NCBI GenBank assembly: GCA_963724505.1
Contig: CAVRUY010000003.1
Coordinates: forward strand, 36,725-100,724
Direction: 5' to 3'
Source of the DNA: an uncultured Actinomycetota bacterium
GTDB taxonomy: Bacteria; Actinomycetota; Actinomycetes; Actinomycetales; Cellulomonadaceae
Length of the DNA: 64,000 nt
The stretch's first letter is position 1. Every line of letters starts with the position of its first letter. A program made the translations under genes and the position numbers. Positions 1 through 11,187 of the stretch are shown piece by piece. Below the pieces are notes generated by a model. That model did not search any database and was not told where the DNA came from. It saw only the letters and a program-made list of their open reading frames with translations.

Positions 1-768
1 GCCGCCGACCGGATCGAGGAGGCCATCGAGTTCGAGGGCCCGGAGACGGTCGCGGCGGTCTTCCTCGAGCCCGTGCAGAACTCCGGCGGCTGCTTCCCGC
101 CGCCCCCCGGGTACTTCGACCGGGTGCGCGAGATCTGCGACGCCCACGACGTCCTGCTGGTCTCCGACGAGACGATCTGCGCCTTCGGCCGGATCGGCGA
201 CATGTTCGCCTGCAACGACTACGACTACGTGCCCGACATGATCACCACCGCGAAGGGGATGACCTCCGGCTACTCCCCCATCGGCGCCTGCATCGTCTCG
301 GACCGGATCTTCGAGCCGTTCAAGCACGGCACGACGACCTTCTACCACGGGTACACCTTCGGCGGTCACCCGGTCTCCGCCGCCGTCGCAATGGCGAACC
401 TCGACATCTTCGAGCGCGAGCACCTCAACCACCGGGTGCGGACCAACGCCCCGCTGTTCCGGCAGACGCTCGAGCTGCTGCTCGACCTGCCGATCGTCGG
501 TGACGTGCGGGGCGACGGGTACTTCTACGGGATCGAGCTCGTCAAGGACAAGGCCACCCGGCAGACCTTCGACGACGCCGAGAGCGAGCGGCTGCTGCGC
601 GGCTTCCTCACCCCCGCGCTGCTCGAGGCCGGCCTGTACTGCCGGGCCGACGACCGCGGCGACCCCGTCATCCAGCTCGCCCCGCCACTGACCTGCGGCC
701 CGGCCGAGTTCGTCGAGATGGAGGAGATCCTGCGCGGGGTGCTGACGGAGGGCTGGTCGCGCCTGTGA
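1..768 (+). CDS. Class III PLP-dependent aminotransferase (putrescine/omega-amino acid type), 5' end outside window
   Basis: Frame open from base 1; motifs FLEPVQNSGG, LLVSDETICAFGRIG, PDMITTAKGMTSGY (PLP lysine), HGYTFGGHP. Confidence 0.9.
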   Translation, partial: AADRIEEAIEFEGPETVAAVFLEPVQNSGGCFPPPPGYFDRVREICDAHDVLLVSDETICAFGRIGDMFACNDYDYVPDMITTAKGMTSGYSPIGACIVSDRIFEPFKHGTTTFYHGYTFGGHPVSAAVAMANLDIFEREHLNHRVRTNAPLFRQTLELLLDLPIVGDVRGDGYFYGIELVKDKATRQTFDDAESERLLRGFLTPALLEAGLYCRADDRGDPVIQLAPPLTCGPAEFVEMEEILRGVLTEGWSRL

Positions 769-2117
769 CGACCTCCCTCTGGGAGGACCAGGTCGGGCCG
801 GCGCCCGAACGCGGGCGCCTCGACGGCGCGACGACCGCCGACGTCGTCGTCGTCGGCGGCGGGCTCACCGGGCTGTGGACCGCCTACTACCTCACCCAGG
901 CCGATCCGTCCCTGGACGTCGTCGTCCTCGAGCAGGAGCACGTCGGCTTCGGCGCGAGCGGCCGCAACGGCGGCTGGCTCTCCGCGCTCTTCCCGCAGGG
1001 CCCGGCCGCGCTCGCCCGCCGGCACGGCGCCCCGGCCGCGCTCGCCCAGCGCGCGGCGATGCGGGCCGGGGTCGTCGAGGTCGCCCGGGTGTGCGCGCTC
1101 GAGGGGATCGCCTGCGACCTCGCCGTCGGGGGGACGGTCGCGGTCGCCCGCTCCACCGTCCAGCTGGACCGGGCGCGCGCGCAGGTGGCCGAGGCCAGGG
1201 CCTGGGGCGACCGGGCCGTGCTGCTGGACCGGGACGCGGCGCGGGCGCGCCTGGCGGCCGTCGACGTCGTCGGCGGACGCTACGACCCGGACTGTGCACG
1301 CGTCCAGCCCGCCCGCCTGGTGCGCGGCCTGGCCGACGTCCTCCAGGCGCGGGGGGTGCGGCTCCTGGAGCGCACCCGCGCGACGGCGCTCGAACCCGGC
1401 CGGGTACGCACCGCGGCCGGCACGGTGCGCGCCCGGCACGTCGTCCGGGCGACCGAGGCGTGGACGTCCCGGCAACCAGGGCACCGCCGGGACGTGGTCC
1501 CGGTGTACTCGTTGATGATCGCCACCGAACCGCTGCCCGGGGCCGTCTGGCAGGAGATCGGGCTGCGCGAGGCCGAGACGTTCACCGACGAGCGACACCT
1601 GATCGTCTACGGCCAGCGCACCGCCGACGGCCGGATCGCCTTCGGCGGACGCGGCGCGCCCTACCACTGGGGGTCGGGGATCAGCCCGTCCCACGACGCC
1701 GAGCCCGCGGTCTTCGACGCGCTCGAGCGGACCCTGCGAGGCCTGCTCCCGGTGCTCGGCGACGGGGCGATCACGCACCGCTGGGGCGGGCCGCTGGCCA
1801 TCGCGCGGGACTTCTCGCCCTCGGTGGGCCTCGACCGGTCCACCGGGATGGCCTGGGCCGGCGGGTACGTCGGCGACGGACTGACGACGACGAACCTCGC
1901 CGGGCGCACGCTGGCCGACCTCCTCGGCGGACGACGCACCGAGCTCACGGCCCTGCCCTGGGTCGCGCACCGCTCGCGCCGCTGGGAGCCGGAGCCGGTG
2001 CGCTGGCTCGGCGTCAACGCCGGCCTGCGGGCGATGGCGCTGGCCGACGCCGAGGAGCGCCTGACCCGGCGTCCCAGCGTCGTCGCCCGGCTGATGGGTC
2101 CCCTGATCGGTCACTGA
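765..2117 (+). CDS. FAD-dependent oxidoreductase, DadA/PuuB-like (probable polyamine catabolism)
   Basis: GGGLTG Rossmann motif, GASGRNGG, GYVGDG; GTGA overlap with upstream aminotransferase. Confidence 0.85.
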   Translation: MTTSLWEDQVGPAPERGRLDGATTADVVVVGGGLTGLWTAYYLTQADPSLDVVVLEQEHVGFGASGRNGGWLSALFPQGPAALARRHGAPAALAQRAAMRAGVVEVARVCALEGIACDLAVGGTVAVARSTVQLDRARAQVAEARAWGDRAVLLDRDAARARLAAVDVVGGRYDPDCARVQPARLVRGLADVLQARGVRLLERTRATALEPGRVRTAAGTVRARHVVRATEAWTSRQPGHRRDVVPVYSLMIATEPLPGAVWQEIGLREAETFTDERHLIVYGQRTADGRIAFGGRGAPYHWGSGISPSHDAEPAVFDALERTLRGLLPVLGDGAITHRWGGPLAIARDFSPSVGLDRSTGMAWAGGYVGDGLTTTNLAGRTLADLLGGRRTELTALPWVAHRSRRWEPEPVRWLGVNAGLRAMALADAEERLTRRPSVVARLMGPLIGH

Positions 2118-2169
2118 CGCCCGCGGGCTCGGCACGCCCGCCCGAGGTGCCCGGCCGGCCCACCGGGGA

Positions 2170-3357
2170 TCAGGCGCCCGCGAGCACCTCGTGGGCCCGC
2201 GCGCGCGCCCAGGTCTCGGCGCCCAGCACCGCCTCGAGGCTCAGCCCCGACGCGGGCGTGCCCGCGTGCTCGGCGAGCACCCGCTCGACGGTGTCGACGA
2301 TCTCGAGGAAGCCGATCCGGCCGGCCAGGAACGCCGCGACGCACTCCTCGTTCGCGGCGTTGTACACGGCCGGGTGGGTGGCCGAGGCCACGACCGCCTC
2401 CCGCGCGAGCCGCAGGGCGCCGAAGACCGCCTCGTCGAGCGGCTCGAACGTCCACGCGGCGGCGCGGGTCCAGTCGCACGGGGTGCCGACCGGGTCGAGC
2501 CGCTCGGGCCAGGACAGCCCGAGGGCGATCGGCAGCCGCATGTCCGGCGGGGAGGCCTGCGCGATCGTCGAGCCGTCGACGAACTCGACCATCGAGTGCA
2601 CGACGGACTGCGGGTGCACCACGACGGCGATCCGGTCCACCGGCACGTCGAAGAGCAGGTGCGCCTCGATGAGCTCGAGCCCCTTGTTCATCAGGGTGGC
2701 CGAGTTGATCGTCACGACCGGGCCCATCGACCAGGTCGGGTGCGCCAGCGCCTGCTCCGGGGTCACCGCAGCGAGCTCCTCGCGCGACCGGCCGCGGAAC
2801 GGCCCGCCGGAGGCCGTGAGCACCAGCCGCCGGACCTCGGCACGCGCACCGGACCGCAGGCACTGGGCGATCGCCGAGTGCTCGGAGTCGACCGGCACGA
2901 TCTGGTCGGGGCGGACCTGCGCCCGACGGACCAGGTCGCCCCCCACGACGAGCGACTCCTTGTTCGCCAGGGCGAGGGTCGAGCCGGCGGCGAGCGCGGC
3001 GAGCGTCGGGCCGAGCCCGACCGACCCGGTGATCCCGTTGAGCACGACGTCGCTGCCGCGCCCGGCGAGCTCGGTCGCCGCGTGCGGACCGGTGAGGATC
3101 TCGATCCCGGCCGCGGCGGCGCCGGCCGTTGCCGCAAGCGCCTCGCGCACCCGGTCCGCCGCAGCGGGGTCGGCCACGGCGAGCGCGGCCGCACCGGTCG
3201 CGAGCACCTGGTCCGCCAGCACCGCGGGGTCCGCGCCGCCGGCGGCGAGGCCGGTGACCGTGAACCGCCCCGGGTGCGCGGCGATCACGTCCAGGGCCTG
3301 GGTCCCGATCGACCCGGTGCAGCCGAGGAGGGTGAGGGTGCGGGGCGCGGCAGACAT
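2170..3357 (-). CDS. dxr: 1-deoxy-D-xylulose 5-phosphate reductoisomerase
   Basis: [46 protein letters not shown] motifs. Confidence 0.97.
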   Translation of the reverse strand: MSAAPRTLTLLGCTGSIGTQALDVIAAHPGRFTVTGLAAGGADPAVLADQVLATGAAALAVADPAAADRVREALAATAGAAAAGIEILTGPHAATELAGRGSDVVLNGITGSVGLGPTLAALAAGSTLALANKESLVVGGDLVRRAQVRPDQIVPVDSEHSAIAQCLRSGARAEVRRLVLTASGGPFRGRSREELAAVTPEQALAHPTWSMGPVVTINSATLMNKGLELIEAHLLFDVPVDRIAVVVHPQSVVHSMVEFVDGSTIAQASPPDMRLPIALGLSWPERLDPVGTPCDWTRAAAWTFEPLDEAVFGALRLAREAVVASATHPAVYNAANEECVAAFLAGRIGFLEIVDTVERVLAEHAGTPASGLSLEAVLGAETWARARAHEVLAGA

Positions 3358-3374
3358 GCGAGCAGCCTTCCTGG

Positions 3375-4205
3375 TCACAGGGTCGGGGGCCAGTGGGCCG
3401 GTCGTTCGAGGCCGAACGGGATCCGCGTGGTGGCGTCGCCGCGCGCCGAGGAGAGCAGCGGCGCGGTCACGAACAGTGCGGCGGACAGGTCGGCGGCCCG
3501 CAGGTCGGCGCCGCGCAGGTCCGCGCCGGTGAGGTCGGCCCCGGTGAGGTCGGCACCGCGAAGGTCCGCCCCGACGAGGACGGCGCCTCGCAGGCTCGCC
3601 GCCCGGAGCCGCCGCCGTCGCAGGTCGACCCCGGCGAGATCAGCGCCGCGCAGGTCGGCTCCCGTCCCGTGCCGGGCGCGGACCTGCCCGGAGGTCTCGA
3701 CGAGCAGCGGGTTGACGCGCGCGAGGTGAGCGTCGACGTCGAGCGTGGCGAGCGCGACCGGCGGGAGGTCGGCGAGGGCGGCGGTGGCCCGCTCGGCCTC
3801 CACCAGCGCCTCGGCGAGCGGGCCCGTCCCGATCAGGGTGCGGGCCTCGGCCAGGTACCACCGGAGCTCGTGCAGCCGGCGCACCACCGGGAAGGCCTGC
3901 CGCACCTGGACCGCGGTTCCCGGGTCGGTCCGCCAGTCCCTGCCCTCGACGGTCACCTGGGTCACCTGCTGGCCGGCGCCGAAGCAGTCGAACGTCGCGC
4001 AGCCGACGAAGCCCTCGGGCCGCAGCCGCTCGTGGATCGAGCAGAGGTGACCGGCCAGGTGGGGGCAGGCGGTACCGGCCGGCTTCTCGATCGGGAAGTC
4101 GGCCGAGATCCCGAAGGCGGGGACCATGCAGCACAGGGCCGTGCAGCGGGTGCAGTCGGCGCGCAGCCCGGCGCGCGCGTGGGGGACCGCGTCCCGTTCC
4201 GGCAT
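3375..4205 (-). CDS. Pentapeptide-repeat protein with Cys-rich N-terminal domain
   Basis: N-terminal CTRCTALCC...C...C...[11 protein letters not shown]; C-terminal (A-D-L-x-G)n pentapeptide repeats; purine-rich RBS-like sequence (GAAGGGA) before ATG 4205. Confidence 0.85.
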   Translation of the reverse strand: MPERDAVPHARAGLRADCTRCTALCCMVPAFGISADFPIEKPAGTACPHLAGHLCSIHERLRPEGFVGCATFDCFGAGQQVTQVTVEGRDWRTDPGTAVQVRQAFPVVRRLHELRWYLAEARTLIGTGPLAEALVEAERATAALADLPPVALATLDVDAHLARVNPLLVETSGQVRARHGTGADLRGADLAGVDLRRRRLRAASLRGAVLVGADLRGADLTGADLTGADLRGADLRAADLSAALFVTAPLLSSARGDATTRIPFGLERPAHWPPTL

Positions 4206-4257
4206 CCCGTGTCCCTTCCTCGTCACGAGGGGCGCCCCGACCCGCGACGGCGCCCGG

Positions 4258-4809
4258 TCACTCGACGCCGAGCAGCACCTCGACGGCTCGTTCGAGGAAG
4301 GCGTCGACCGGGCCCTCCGCGTAGGCGTCGTGGCCGAAGCGGCGCGTGAAGGTGACCTGCCGCAGATCGGCGGAGGAGAGCGCGTGCCCGTGGTCGAAGT
4401 AGTCGACCAGCCGCCGGCAGACCTCGTCGACCTCGGTGGGGTCGTAGCCCTGGACGCGTCGCGGAGCGGGGGCGAACCGCTCGCCGTCCGGCCGCGCCAG
4501 TCGCCCGTACAGGGTCCGCGCGCGGTCGGCGAGGTGCTCGAGCCAGGCGGGCTGGCCGTGCGTGGCGACGAACGCGGTCCGCTCCCGCGTGACGAACGCC
4601 TGCTCGAGCCGGTCGAGCGCCGCATCGACGGCCGGCGGCTCGTAGCCGTGCCGGACGAGGTCGAAGGCCGCCCGTCGCACGGTCCTGCCGTCGAGGTGGT
4701 CGGGCACCTCGCCCTCGTAGACGCGGCGCGCGTGGGTGAAGAACTCGTCCACCTGGCCCGGGTCGTACCCGGTCCGCAGGCGACCGGTGGTCCGGAACAT
4801 GTGCGTCAT
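4258..4809 (-). CDS. DivIVA-domain repeat protein
   Basis: Four GY(D/E)xxxVDxxL-type motifs ([44 protein letters not shown]); usual position downstream of rlmN. Confidence 0.85.
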   Translation of the reverse strand: MTHMFRTTGRLRTGYDPGQVDEFFTHARRVYEGEVPDHLDGRTVRRAAFDLVRHGYEPPAVDAALDRLEQAFVTRERTAFVATHGQPAWLEHLADRARTLYGRLARPDGERFAPAPRRVQGYDPTEVDEVCRRLVDYFDHGHALSSADLRQVTFTRRFGHDAYAEGPVDAFLERAVEVLLGVE

Positions 4810-5930
4810 CCTGCCTCCTCGGCTGCGAGCTGCCCGCAGGCACCGTCGATGTCACTGCCTCGGGTGTCCCGCACGGTGGTCGGGATGCCGGCCGCCCGGA
4901 GCCGGTCGACGAAGGTCGCCTCGACCTGCGGGTCGCTGGCGGTCCAGATCGAGCCCGGCGTCGGGTTGAGCGGGATGGGGTTGACGTGCACCCAGCCGCG
5001 GCCGCGCTCGAGCAGCTTCGCCGCGAGCAGCTCGGCCCGCCAGGCGTGGTCGTTCATGTCACGGATCAGGGCGTACTCGATGCTCACCCGCCGCCCGGTC
5101 GCCTCGAAGTAGCGGCGGGCGGCGTCCAGCGCCTCGTCGACCGACCACCGGGTGTTGATCGGGACGAGGTCCGAGCGCAGCGCGTCGTCGGGGGCGTGCA
5201 GGGACAGGGCGAGCGTCACGGGGAGCTTCTCGGCGGCGAGCTTGTCGATCGCGGGGACCAGCCCGACGGTCGAGACCGTCACGTTGCGGGCCGAGACGCC
5301 GAAGCCGTAGGGCGCCGGGTCGACGAACCGCCGCACCGCGGTGATCACCGTCCGGTAGTTCGCCAGCGGCTCGCCCATGCCCATGAACACGAGGTTGGTC
5401 AACCGGCCGGGCCCGCCGGCGACGGCGCCCGACTCCAGCGCCGCGGCGGCGTGCCGGACCTGCTCGACGATCTCGCCGGCCGAGAGGTTGCGGGTCAGCC
5501 CCTGCTGGCCGGTGGCGCAGAACGGGCAGGCCATCCCGCAGCCCGCCTGGCTGGAGACGCAGAGCGTGGCCCGGCCGGGGTAGCGCATGAGGACCGACTC
5601 GACCTTGACGCCGTCGTGCAGCCGCCAGAGGGTCTTGACGGTCGTGCCCCCGTCGGCCAGCAGCTCACGGATCGGGGTGAGCAGCGGCGGCAGCAGCGAC
5701 TCGACGACCGCCTGCCGGCTCCGCGCGGGCAGGTCCGTCATCGCCTCGGGGTCGACCGTGTGGTGGGTGAAGTAGTGCGTGGAGAGCTGCTTCGCACGGA
5801 ACGCCGGCTCGCCGAGCTCGGCCAGCGCGGCCGTCAGCTCCTCGGGGGCAAGGTCGGCGAGGTGCCGGGGGGGCTTGGCCCGGCGCGGTGCCGCCATCGT
5901 CAGCTGCAGCGGTCGCGGTGCGTCGGTCAT
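4806..5930 (-). CDS. rlmN: 23S rRNA (adenine2503-C2)-methyltransferase, radical SAM
   Basis: CGMACPFC radical SAM motif, [15 protein letters not shown]. Confidence 0.97.
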   Translation of the reverse strand: MTDAPRPLQLTMAAPRRAKPPRHLADLAPEELTAALAELGEPAFRAKQLSTHYFTHHTVDPEAMTDLPARSRQAVVESLLPPLLTPIRELLADGGTTVKTLWRLHDGVKVESVLMRYPGRATLCVSSQAGCGMACPFCATGQQGLTRNLSAGEIVEQVRHAAAALESGAVAGGPGRLTNLVFMGMGEPLANYRTVITAVRRFVDPAPYGFGVSARNVTVSTVGLVPAIDKLAAEKLPVTLALSLHAPDDALRSDLVPINTRWSVDEALDAARRYFEATGRRVSIEYALIRDMNDHAWRAELLAAKLLERGRGWVHVNPIPLNPTPGSIWTASDPQVEATFVDRLRAAGIPTTVRDTRGSDIDGACGQLAAEEAG

Positions 5931-5931
5931 C

Positions 5932-6789
5932 TCAGCCTGCCGATCCGGGTACCGCCAGGAGCAGCACGATGTACGCCAACGGGGCCGTCAGCAGGAGCGA
6001 GTCGATCCGGTCGAGTACCCCGCCGTGGCCGGGGAGCAGGGTGCCCATGTCCTTGAGCTCGAGATCACGCTTGAGCAGCGACTCGGAGAGGTCGCCGAGG
6101 GTCGAGGTCAGCACGGCGGCGACACCGAGCCCGATCCCGACGTACCACGGTGCGTCCAGCGCCAGCCAGATGCCCACCGCACCGACGGCTCCGGCCAGGG
6201 CGAGCGACCCCGCCAGCCCCTCCCAGCTCTTCTTCGGGCTCACGCTCGGGGCCAGCGGGTGCCGTCCGAAGATCACGCCCGCGATGTAGCCGCCGGTGTC
6301 GCTCGCCACCGAGAGCAGCACGAAGAGCGCGACCCGCGCGGCCCCGTCGGGCGCGGCGAGCATGAGCATGACGAAGCCGGCCATGAACGGGATGTAGGCC
6401 GTGGCGAAGGTCGCCGCGGAGGCGTCCCGCATCGCCTCGGGCCCGGAGCCGTCCAGCACCCGCCAGACGACCACCCCGCCCGCGGTGAGCAGGAAGGCGA
6501 CGAGCAGGGCCTCGGGGCCCGAGGTGTACGCCGAGACGAGGATGCCGACGGCGCCCACCAGCAGGGGGACGAGCGGAAGGCTGATCCCCCGGCGCCGGAA
6601 GGCGTGCGCGAGCTCCCAGAGCGCCGCGCCGCAGGCGAGCGCGACGACGGCGATGAACGCCTCCTTGCGCACGACGAGCGACGCCGCCACCACGGCGAGC
6701 AGACCCAGGCCGACGCCGATGGCGATCGGCAGGTCACGGCCGGCGCGCGGTGCCGACGGTGCGAGCCCCGTCCCTGCTGTCTCGGCCAT
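5932..6789 (-). CDS. cdsA: Phosphatidate cytidylyltransferase
   Basis: SPKKSWEG and [19 protein letters not shown] motifs; multi-TM; downstream of frr. Confidence 0.95.
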   Translation of the reverse strand: MAETAGTGLAPSAPRAGRDLPIAIGVGLGLLAVVAASLVVRKEAFIAVVALACGAALWELAHAFRRRGISLPLVPLLVGAVGILVSAYTSGPEALLVAFLLTAGGVVVWRVLDGSGPEAMRDASAATFATAYIPFMAGFVMLMLAAPDGAARVALFVLLSVASDTGGYIAGVIFGRHPLAPSVSPKKSWEGLAGSLALAGAVGAVGIWLALDAPWYVGIGLGVAAVLTSTLGDLSESLLKRDLELKDMGTLLPGHGGVLDRIDSLLLTAPLAYIVLLLAVPGSAG

Positions 6790-7346
6790 CAGACCTCGAG
6801 CAGCTCGCTCTCCTTGTGCGCAAGAAGCTGGTCGACGAGGTCGACGTGCTTCTTGGTCAGGTGCTCGAGCTCCTTCTCGGCGCGGTTGACCTCGTCCTCG
6901 CCCGCCTCGCCGTCCTTGGCGATCCGGTCGAGCTCGTCCTTGGCGCGCCGACGGATGTTGCGGACCGAGACCCGCCCCTCCTCGGCCTTGTGGCGGGCGA
7001 GCTTGACGTAGTCGCGCCGGCGCTCCTCGGTCAGCTGCGGGAGCATCACCCGGATGATCTTGCCGTCGTTGCTCGGGTTGACCCCGAGGTCGGAGTCGCG
7101 CAGCGCGCGCTCGATGTTGCCGAGCGCGCTGATGTCGAACGGGGTGATGAGGATCGTGCGCGCCTCGGGGGTGGTGAAGGAGGCCAGCTGCTGCAGCGGC
7201 GTCGGCGCACCGTAGTACTCGACCGTCACCTTGGTGAACATGGCGGCGTTCGCCCGTCCGGTGCGGATCGTGGCGAAGTCCTCCTTGGCCACCTCGACGG
7301 CCTTGTCCATCTTCTCCTCGGCCTCGAGGAGGGTCTCGTCGATCAC
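6789..7346 (-). CDS. frr: Ribosome recycling factor
   Basis: [25 protein letters not shown] motifs. Confidence 0.98.
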   Translation of the reverse strand: MIDETLLEAEEKMDKAVEVAKEDFATIRTGRANAAMFTKVTVEYYGAPTPLQQLASFTTPEARTILITPFDISALGNIERALRDSDLGVNPSNDGKIIRVMLPQLTEERRRDYVKLARHKAEEGRVSVRNIRRRAKDELDRIAKDGEAGEDEVNRAEKELEHLTKKHVDLVDQLLAHKESELLEV

Positions 7347-8125
7347 CGGTGCTCCTTCGTCGTCGTTTCGTGGTCGCCCAGGACGGGGTCAGCGGTCAGC
7401 AGCGTTCCGATCTTCTCACCGACGAGGGCCCTGGTGACGTTGCCGGGCTCACCCATCCCGAAGACGCGCATGACCACGGCGTTGTCCCGGCACATGCTCA
7501 GCGCGGTCGCGTCCATCACCTCCAGGCCCTCGACGAGCGCCTGGGTGTAGCTGAGCCGGTCGAACCGCACGGCGTCCGGGACCCGTCGGGGGTCGGCGCT
7601 GTAGACGCCGTCCACGCCGTTCTTGCCCATGAGCACCTCGTCGCAGTGCGTCTCGAGGGCGCGCTGCACGCAGACGGTGTCGGTGGAGAAGAACGGCATC
7701 CCGGCCCCGGCGCCGAAGATGACGACCCGGCCCTTCTCCAGGTGCCGGATCGCCCGGAGCGGGATGTACGGCTCGGCGACCTGGCCCATCGTGATGGCGG
7801 TCTGCACCCGGGTGCTGACGCCCGACTGCTCGAGGAAGTCCTGCAGGGCCAGGCAGTTCATCACCGTGCCGAGCATGCCCATGTAGTCGGCGCGGGCACG
7901 GTCCATGCCGTTCTGCGAGAGCTCGGCCCCGCGGAAGAAGTTGCCGCCGCCGACGACGATCGCCACCTGGACGCCGGCGCTCACCGCCTCGGCGATCTCC
8001 CCGGCGACCCGCCGGACCACCGCGGTGTCGACGCCGATGCCACCCCCGCCGAAGGTCTCCCCGGAGAGCTTGAGGAGGACCCGTCGGACGGGTGCTGGGG
8101 TGTGCTCGACGGAGACCTGCTCCAC
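7343..8125 (-). CDS. pyrH: UMP kinase
   Basis: [30 protein letters not shown] motifs; start codon uncertain by a few codons. Confidence 0.97.
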   Translation of the reverse strand: MEQVSVEHTPAPVRRVLLKLSGETFGGGGIGVDTAVVRRVAGEIAEAVSAGVQVAIVVGGGNFFRGAELSQNGMDRARADYMGMLGTVMNCLALQDFLEQSGVSTRVQTAITMGQVAEPYIPLRAIRHLEKGRVVIFGAGAGMPFFSTDTVCVQRALETHCDEVLMGKNGVDGVYSADPRRVPDAVRFDRLSYTQALVEGLEVMDATALSMCRDNAVVMRVFGMGEPGNVTRALVGEKIGTLLTADPVLGDHETTTKEHR

Positions 8126-8176
8126 GGTGACTCCTCGCCTCGACGTCCGGTGGGCCAGCCGCGCACCGGTCCTGCA

Positions 8177-8203
8177 GGTGGCGGCCCGGTCCGGGCCGCC
8201 ACC
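8177..8203. terminator. GC-rich hairpin between tsf and pyrH (terminator or mRNA-stabilising stem)
   Basis: GGTGGCGGCCCGG-T-CCGGGCCGCCACC perfect inverted repeat just past tsf stop. Confidence 0.6.
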
Positions 8204-8210
8204 GTGGGGA

Positions 8211-9050
8211 TCAGGCTCCGACGCGGAAACGCGCGAACGCGGTCACGGCGCCGCCGGTGGCACCGACGACCTTACCGACGGTCGTCTTCGGGTCCTTCGC
8301 GAACGCCTGGTCGACCAGCACGTTCTCCTTGAAGAAGCCGTTGAGGCGACCCTCGGAGATCTTGACCAGGGCGGCCTCGGGCTTGCCCTCGTTGCGGGCG
8401 GTCTCCTCGGCGATCCGGCGCTCGTCGGCGACGGTCTCGGCCGGGATGTCCTCCCGGGTGAGGTAGGTCGGCGAGAAGGCCGCGATGTGCATCGCGACGT
8501 CCTTGGCGACCGCTGCGCCGGCGGCGTCGGTGCCCACGAGTACGCCGACCTGGGGCGGGAGGTCCTTGTTGACCTTGTGCAGGTAGACGCTGACGACCGG
8601 GGCGCTCACCCGGGCGACCCGGCGCAGGACGAGCTTCTCGCCCAGCGTCGCAGCCGTCTCGGTGATGAGGTCCGCGACCGACCGGCCGTCGGCCTGCGAG
8701 GCGAGGACGGCGTCCACGTCGTCGGTGCCGGCAGCGACGGCCGCGGTGAGGACCTTCTCGGCCAGCGCGACGAACGTGGTGTTCTTCGCGACGAAGTCGG
8801 TCTCGGAGTTGAGCTCGATGAGCACGCCCGTCTGACCGGCCGCGTCGTCCGCGACGTGCGCGGCGACCAGGCCGTCGGAGGCCGCGCGGCCCTCGCGCTT
8901 GCTCACACCCTTGAGTCCCTTGACCCGGATGATCTCCAGCGCCTTCTCGGCGTTGCCGTCGGCCTCGTCGAGGGCCTTCTTGACGTCGAGCATGCCGGCA
9001 CCCGTGCGCTCGCGCAGGGCCTTGATGTCAGCGGCGGTGTAGTTCGCCAT
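8211..9050 (-). CDS. tsf: Elongation factor Ts
   Basis: [39 protein letters not shown]. Confidence 0.98.
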   Translation of the reverse strand: MANYTAADIKALRERTGAGMLDVKKALDEADGNAEKALEIIRVKGLKGVSKREGRAASDGLVAAHVADDAAGQTGVLIELNSETDFVAKNTTFVALAEKVLTAAVAAGTDDVDAVLASQADGRSVADLITETAATLGEKLVLRRVARVSAPVVSVYLHKVNKDLPPQVGVLVGTDAAGAAVAKDVAMHIAAFSPTYLTREDIPAETVADERRIAEETARNEGKPEAALVKISEGRLNGFFKENVLVDQAFAKDPKTTVGKVVGATGGAVTAFARFRVGA

Positions 9051-9093
9051 GTGTCGGTGTCCCTTGTCTGATCGGTGGGGCGGTGGCCTGGGC

Positions 9094-10116
9094 TCAGACC
9101 GCGGGGTCGGTCTCGGCGGCAGGGGCCTCGACCTCGGCGACCGGGGCGGCAGCCTCGACGGCGGGCGCCTCGACCTCGACCTCGGCGACCGGGGCGGCAG
9201 CCTCGACGACAGGGGCCTCGACCTCGACCTCGGCGACCGGGGCCTCGGCGGCGGGGGCCTCGACCTCGGCCTCGGCGACCGGGGCAGCAGCCTCGACGAC
9301 AGGGGCCTCGGCGGCGGGGGCCTCGGCGACCGGGGCGGCAGCCTCGGCACCGGCGAGGAGCTCGCGCTCCCACTCGGCCAGCGGCTCGGCGGCAGCGGTC
9401 TCCTCGGTGGCACCGGTGCGGCCGGCGTGACGGGCGATGAGGCCCTCGGCGACGGCGTCGGCGATCACCCGGGTGAGCAGCGCGACGGCGCGGATCGCGT
9501 CGTCGTTGCCCGGGATCTGGTAGTCGACCAGGTCGGGGTCGCAGTTGGTGTCGAGGATCGCGACGACCGGGATGCCGAGCTTGCGCGCCTCGTCGACGGC
9601 CAGGTGCTCCTTGTTGGTGTCGACGATCCACACCGCGGACGGCACGCGGGACATGTCGCGGATGCCGCCGAGGGTCTTGGCCAGCTTGTCCTTCTCGCGG
9701 CGCATGATGAGGAGCTCCTTCTTCGTGAAGCCGCTGGACGCGACGTCGTCGAAGTCGATCTCCTCGAGCTCCTTGAGGCGCTGGAGCCGCTTGTTCACGG
9801 TCGTGAAGTTGGTGAGCATGCCACCGAGCCAGCGCTGGTTGACGTAGGGCATCCCCACGCGGGCGGCCTGCTCGGCCACCGGCTCCTGCGCCTGCTTCTT
9901 GGTGCCGACGAAGAGGATCGTGCCGCCGTGGGCGACCGTCTCCTTGACGAACTCGTACGCCCGGTCGATGTACCCGAGCGACTGCTGCAGGTCGACGATG
10001 TAGATGCCGTTGCGCTCGGTGAAGATGAAGCGCTTCATCTTGGGGTTCCAGCGACGGGTCTGGTGCCCGAAGTGGACACCGCTCTCGAGCAGCTGGCGCA
10101 TGGTCACGACGGCCAT
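9094..10116 (-). CDS. rpsB: 30S ribosomal protein S2 with long acidic repetitive C-terminal tail
   Basis: [53 protein letters not shown]. Confidence 0.98.
   Translation of the reverse strand: MAVVTMRQLLESGVHFGHQTRRWNPKMKRFIFTERNGIYIVDLQQSLGYIDRAYEFVKETVAHGGTILFVGTKKQAQEPVAEQAARVGMPYVNQRWLGGMLTNFTTVNKRLQRLKELEEIDFDDVASSGFTKKELLIMRREKDKLAKTLGGIRDMSRVPSAVWIVDTNKEHLAVDEARKLGIPVVAILDTNCDPDLVDYQIPGNDDAIRAVALLTRVIADAVAEGLIARHAGRTGATEETAAAEPLAEWERELLAGAEAAAPVAEAPAAEAPVVEAAAPVAEAEVEAPAAEAPVAEVEVEAPVVEAAAPVAEVEVEAPAVEAAAPVAEVEAPAAETDPAV
9115..9350 (-). repeat. Imperfect in-frame tandem repeat (~48-bp unit) in rpsB tail
   Basis: Recurrent GGGGCCTCGACCTCGACCTCGGCGACCGGGGCGGCAGCCTCGACG blocks encoding [15 protein letters not shown]. 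Confidence 0.8.
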
Positions 10117-10461
10117 GGCACGTCCTTCCGGCGCGGCTCCAGCGGGAGCCGCGCAAGTGCGGGGGCGGCGCCGTGGCGCGCCCCGGGATCGGGTTGTCGG
10201 CGGCGGTCGGGTGACCGGTCGCCCCTGGTGCCCTGCGTGGCCGGCGCCGGACCCCGAGGGGCCGGACCGCTGCCGACACGCACCCACCGTCCGGAGAACC
10301 GGGTGATGGCGGGAGACAGGCACGCGATGTCACCCGGCGGACCGGGTGCGGCGATCATCTTACCCGACGCGCGGCGGGCCGTGGCGCACGCTGGACGCGC
10401 TCGTCCACCGCCGCGGCGGTCCACCCGACTGCGCGGCGGCGCGGGCGGCCAGGCTCACGGG

Positions 10462-11187
10462 ATGACGCCGTCGACCTCGTCCCGAGCTCGGGCGGCCATC
10501 CCCGCCCCACGGCGGCTGAGGCGCCCCCTGGGGGCTGCGGCGCTCGTCCTGCTGGCCGCGGCCCCGCTGGCGTCACCCGGGCCCGCGGTCGCGGTCCCGG
10601 TCGCGACCCTCGCCGGCGAGCAGCGTCCGGCGCGGAGCGGATCGAGCGGTCGGGCCGCCACGCCTCCCGCCACGCAGGCCCCGCTCCGCGGCACGGTCGG
10701 CCGGCCGGACGAGACGTGGCAGCTCCCGTCGACCGGTGAGCTCGGCGCCCTGTTCGTCGCTCCTGCGGCCCCCTGGGGGGCGGGACACCGCGGCATCGAC
10801 CTGGTCGCCGGGGTCGGCGCACCCGTCCGGGCCCCGCGGGCCGGCGTCGTCGTCGTCGCCGCGACGGTGGTGAACCGGGGCGTGGTGACGCTGCTGCACC
10901 CGGACGGTCTGCGGACCAGCCTGGAGCCCGTCGCGCCCGACGTGGCGGTCGGAGAGCCCGTCGACGCCGGCGAGGTGCTCGGCACCGTCCAGCCGGACGG
11001 GGCGCACTGCGCCGGCTGCCTGCACTGGGGGGTGCGCGTCGGGGACCGCTACCTCGACCCGTTGAGCCTGCTGGACCGCGCGCCGGTCGTCCTGCTGCCG
11101 AGCGTCAGTCCCGTTCCCCCTCCTGGAGGAAGGTGCGCAGCCGGAGCATCGCCGCCGTGTGCATCTGGGAGATCCGCGACTCGGTGA
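10462..11187 (+). CDS. Secreted M23 family metallopeptidase-like protein
   Basis: Signal-peptide-like N-terminus, GHRGIDL and CLHWGV motifs, YLDPLSLL; CAGGCT -10-like hexamer 6 nt before ATG; usual position divergent from rpsB. Confidence 0.85.
   Translation: MTPSTSSRARAAIPAPRRLRRPLGAAALVLLAAAPLASPGPAVAVPVATLAGEQRPARSGSSGRAATPPATQAPLRGTVGRPDETWQLPSTGELGALFVAPAAPWGAGHRGIDLVAGVGAPVRAPRAGVVVVAATVVNRGVVTLLHPDGLRTSLEPVAPDVAVGEPVDAGEVLGTVQPDGAHCAGCLHWGVRVGDRYLDPLSLLDRAPVVLLPSVSPVPPPGGRCAAGASPPCASGRSATR

Noticed and set aside
2118-2170. Absence of rip1/ispG after dxr, and of rnc/mutM before smc
   Set aside because: Synteny breaks of this kind are common and the genes may lie elsewhere; no scar is visible.
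10117-10362. Structured rpsB leader RNA (and the similar rplS leader near 19320-19470)
   Set aside because: A long leader follows a TAAGAT -10-like hexamer, but I cannot support a specific RNA family without a covariance search.
11105-11187. Convergent 3' overlaps (M23/whiG here, ABC ATPase/cofC at 62565-62626) as antisense regulation
   Set aside because: Overlapping tails are non-conserved extensions, common in high-GC genomes; no other evidence.
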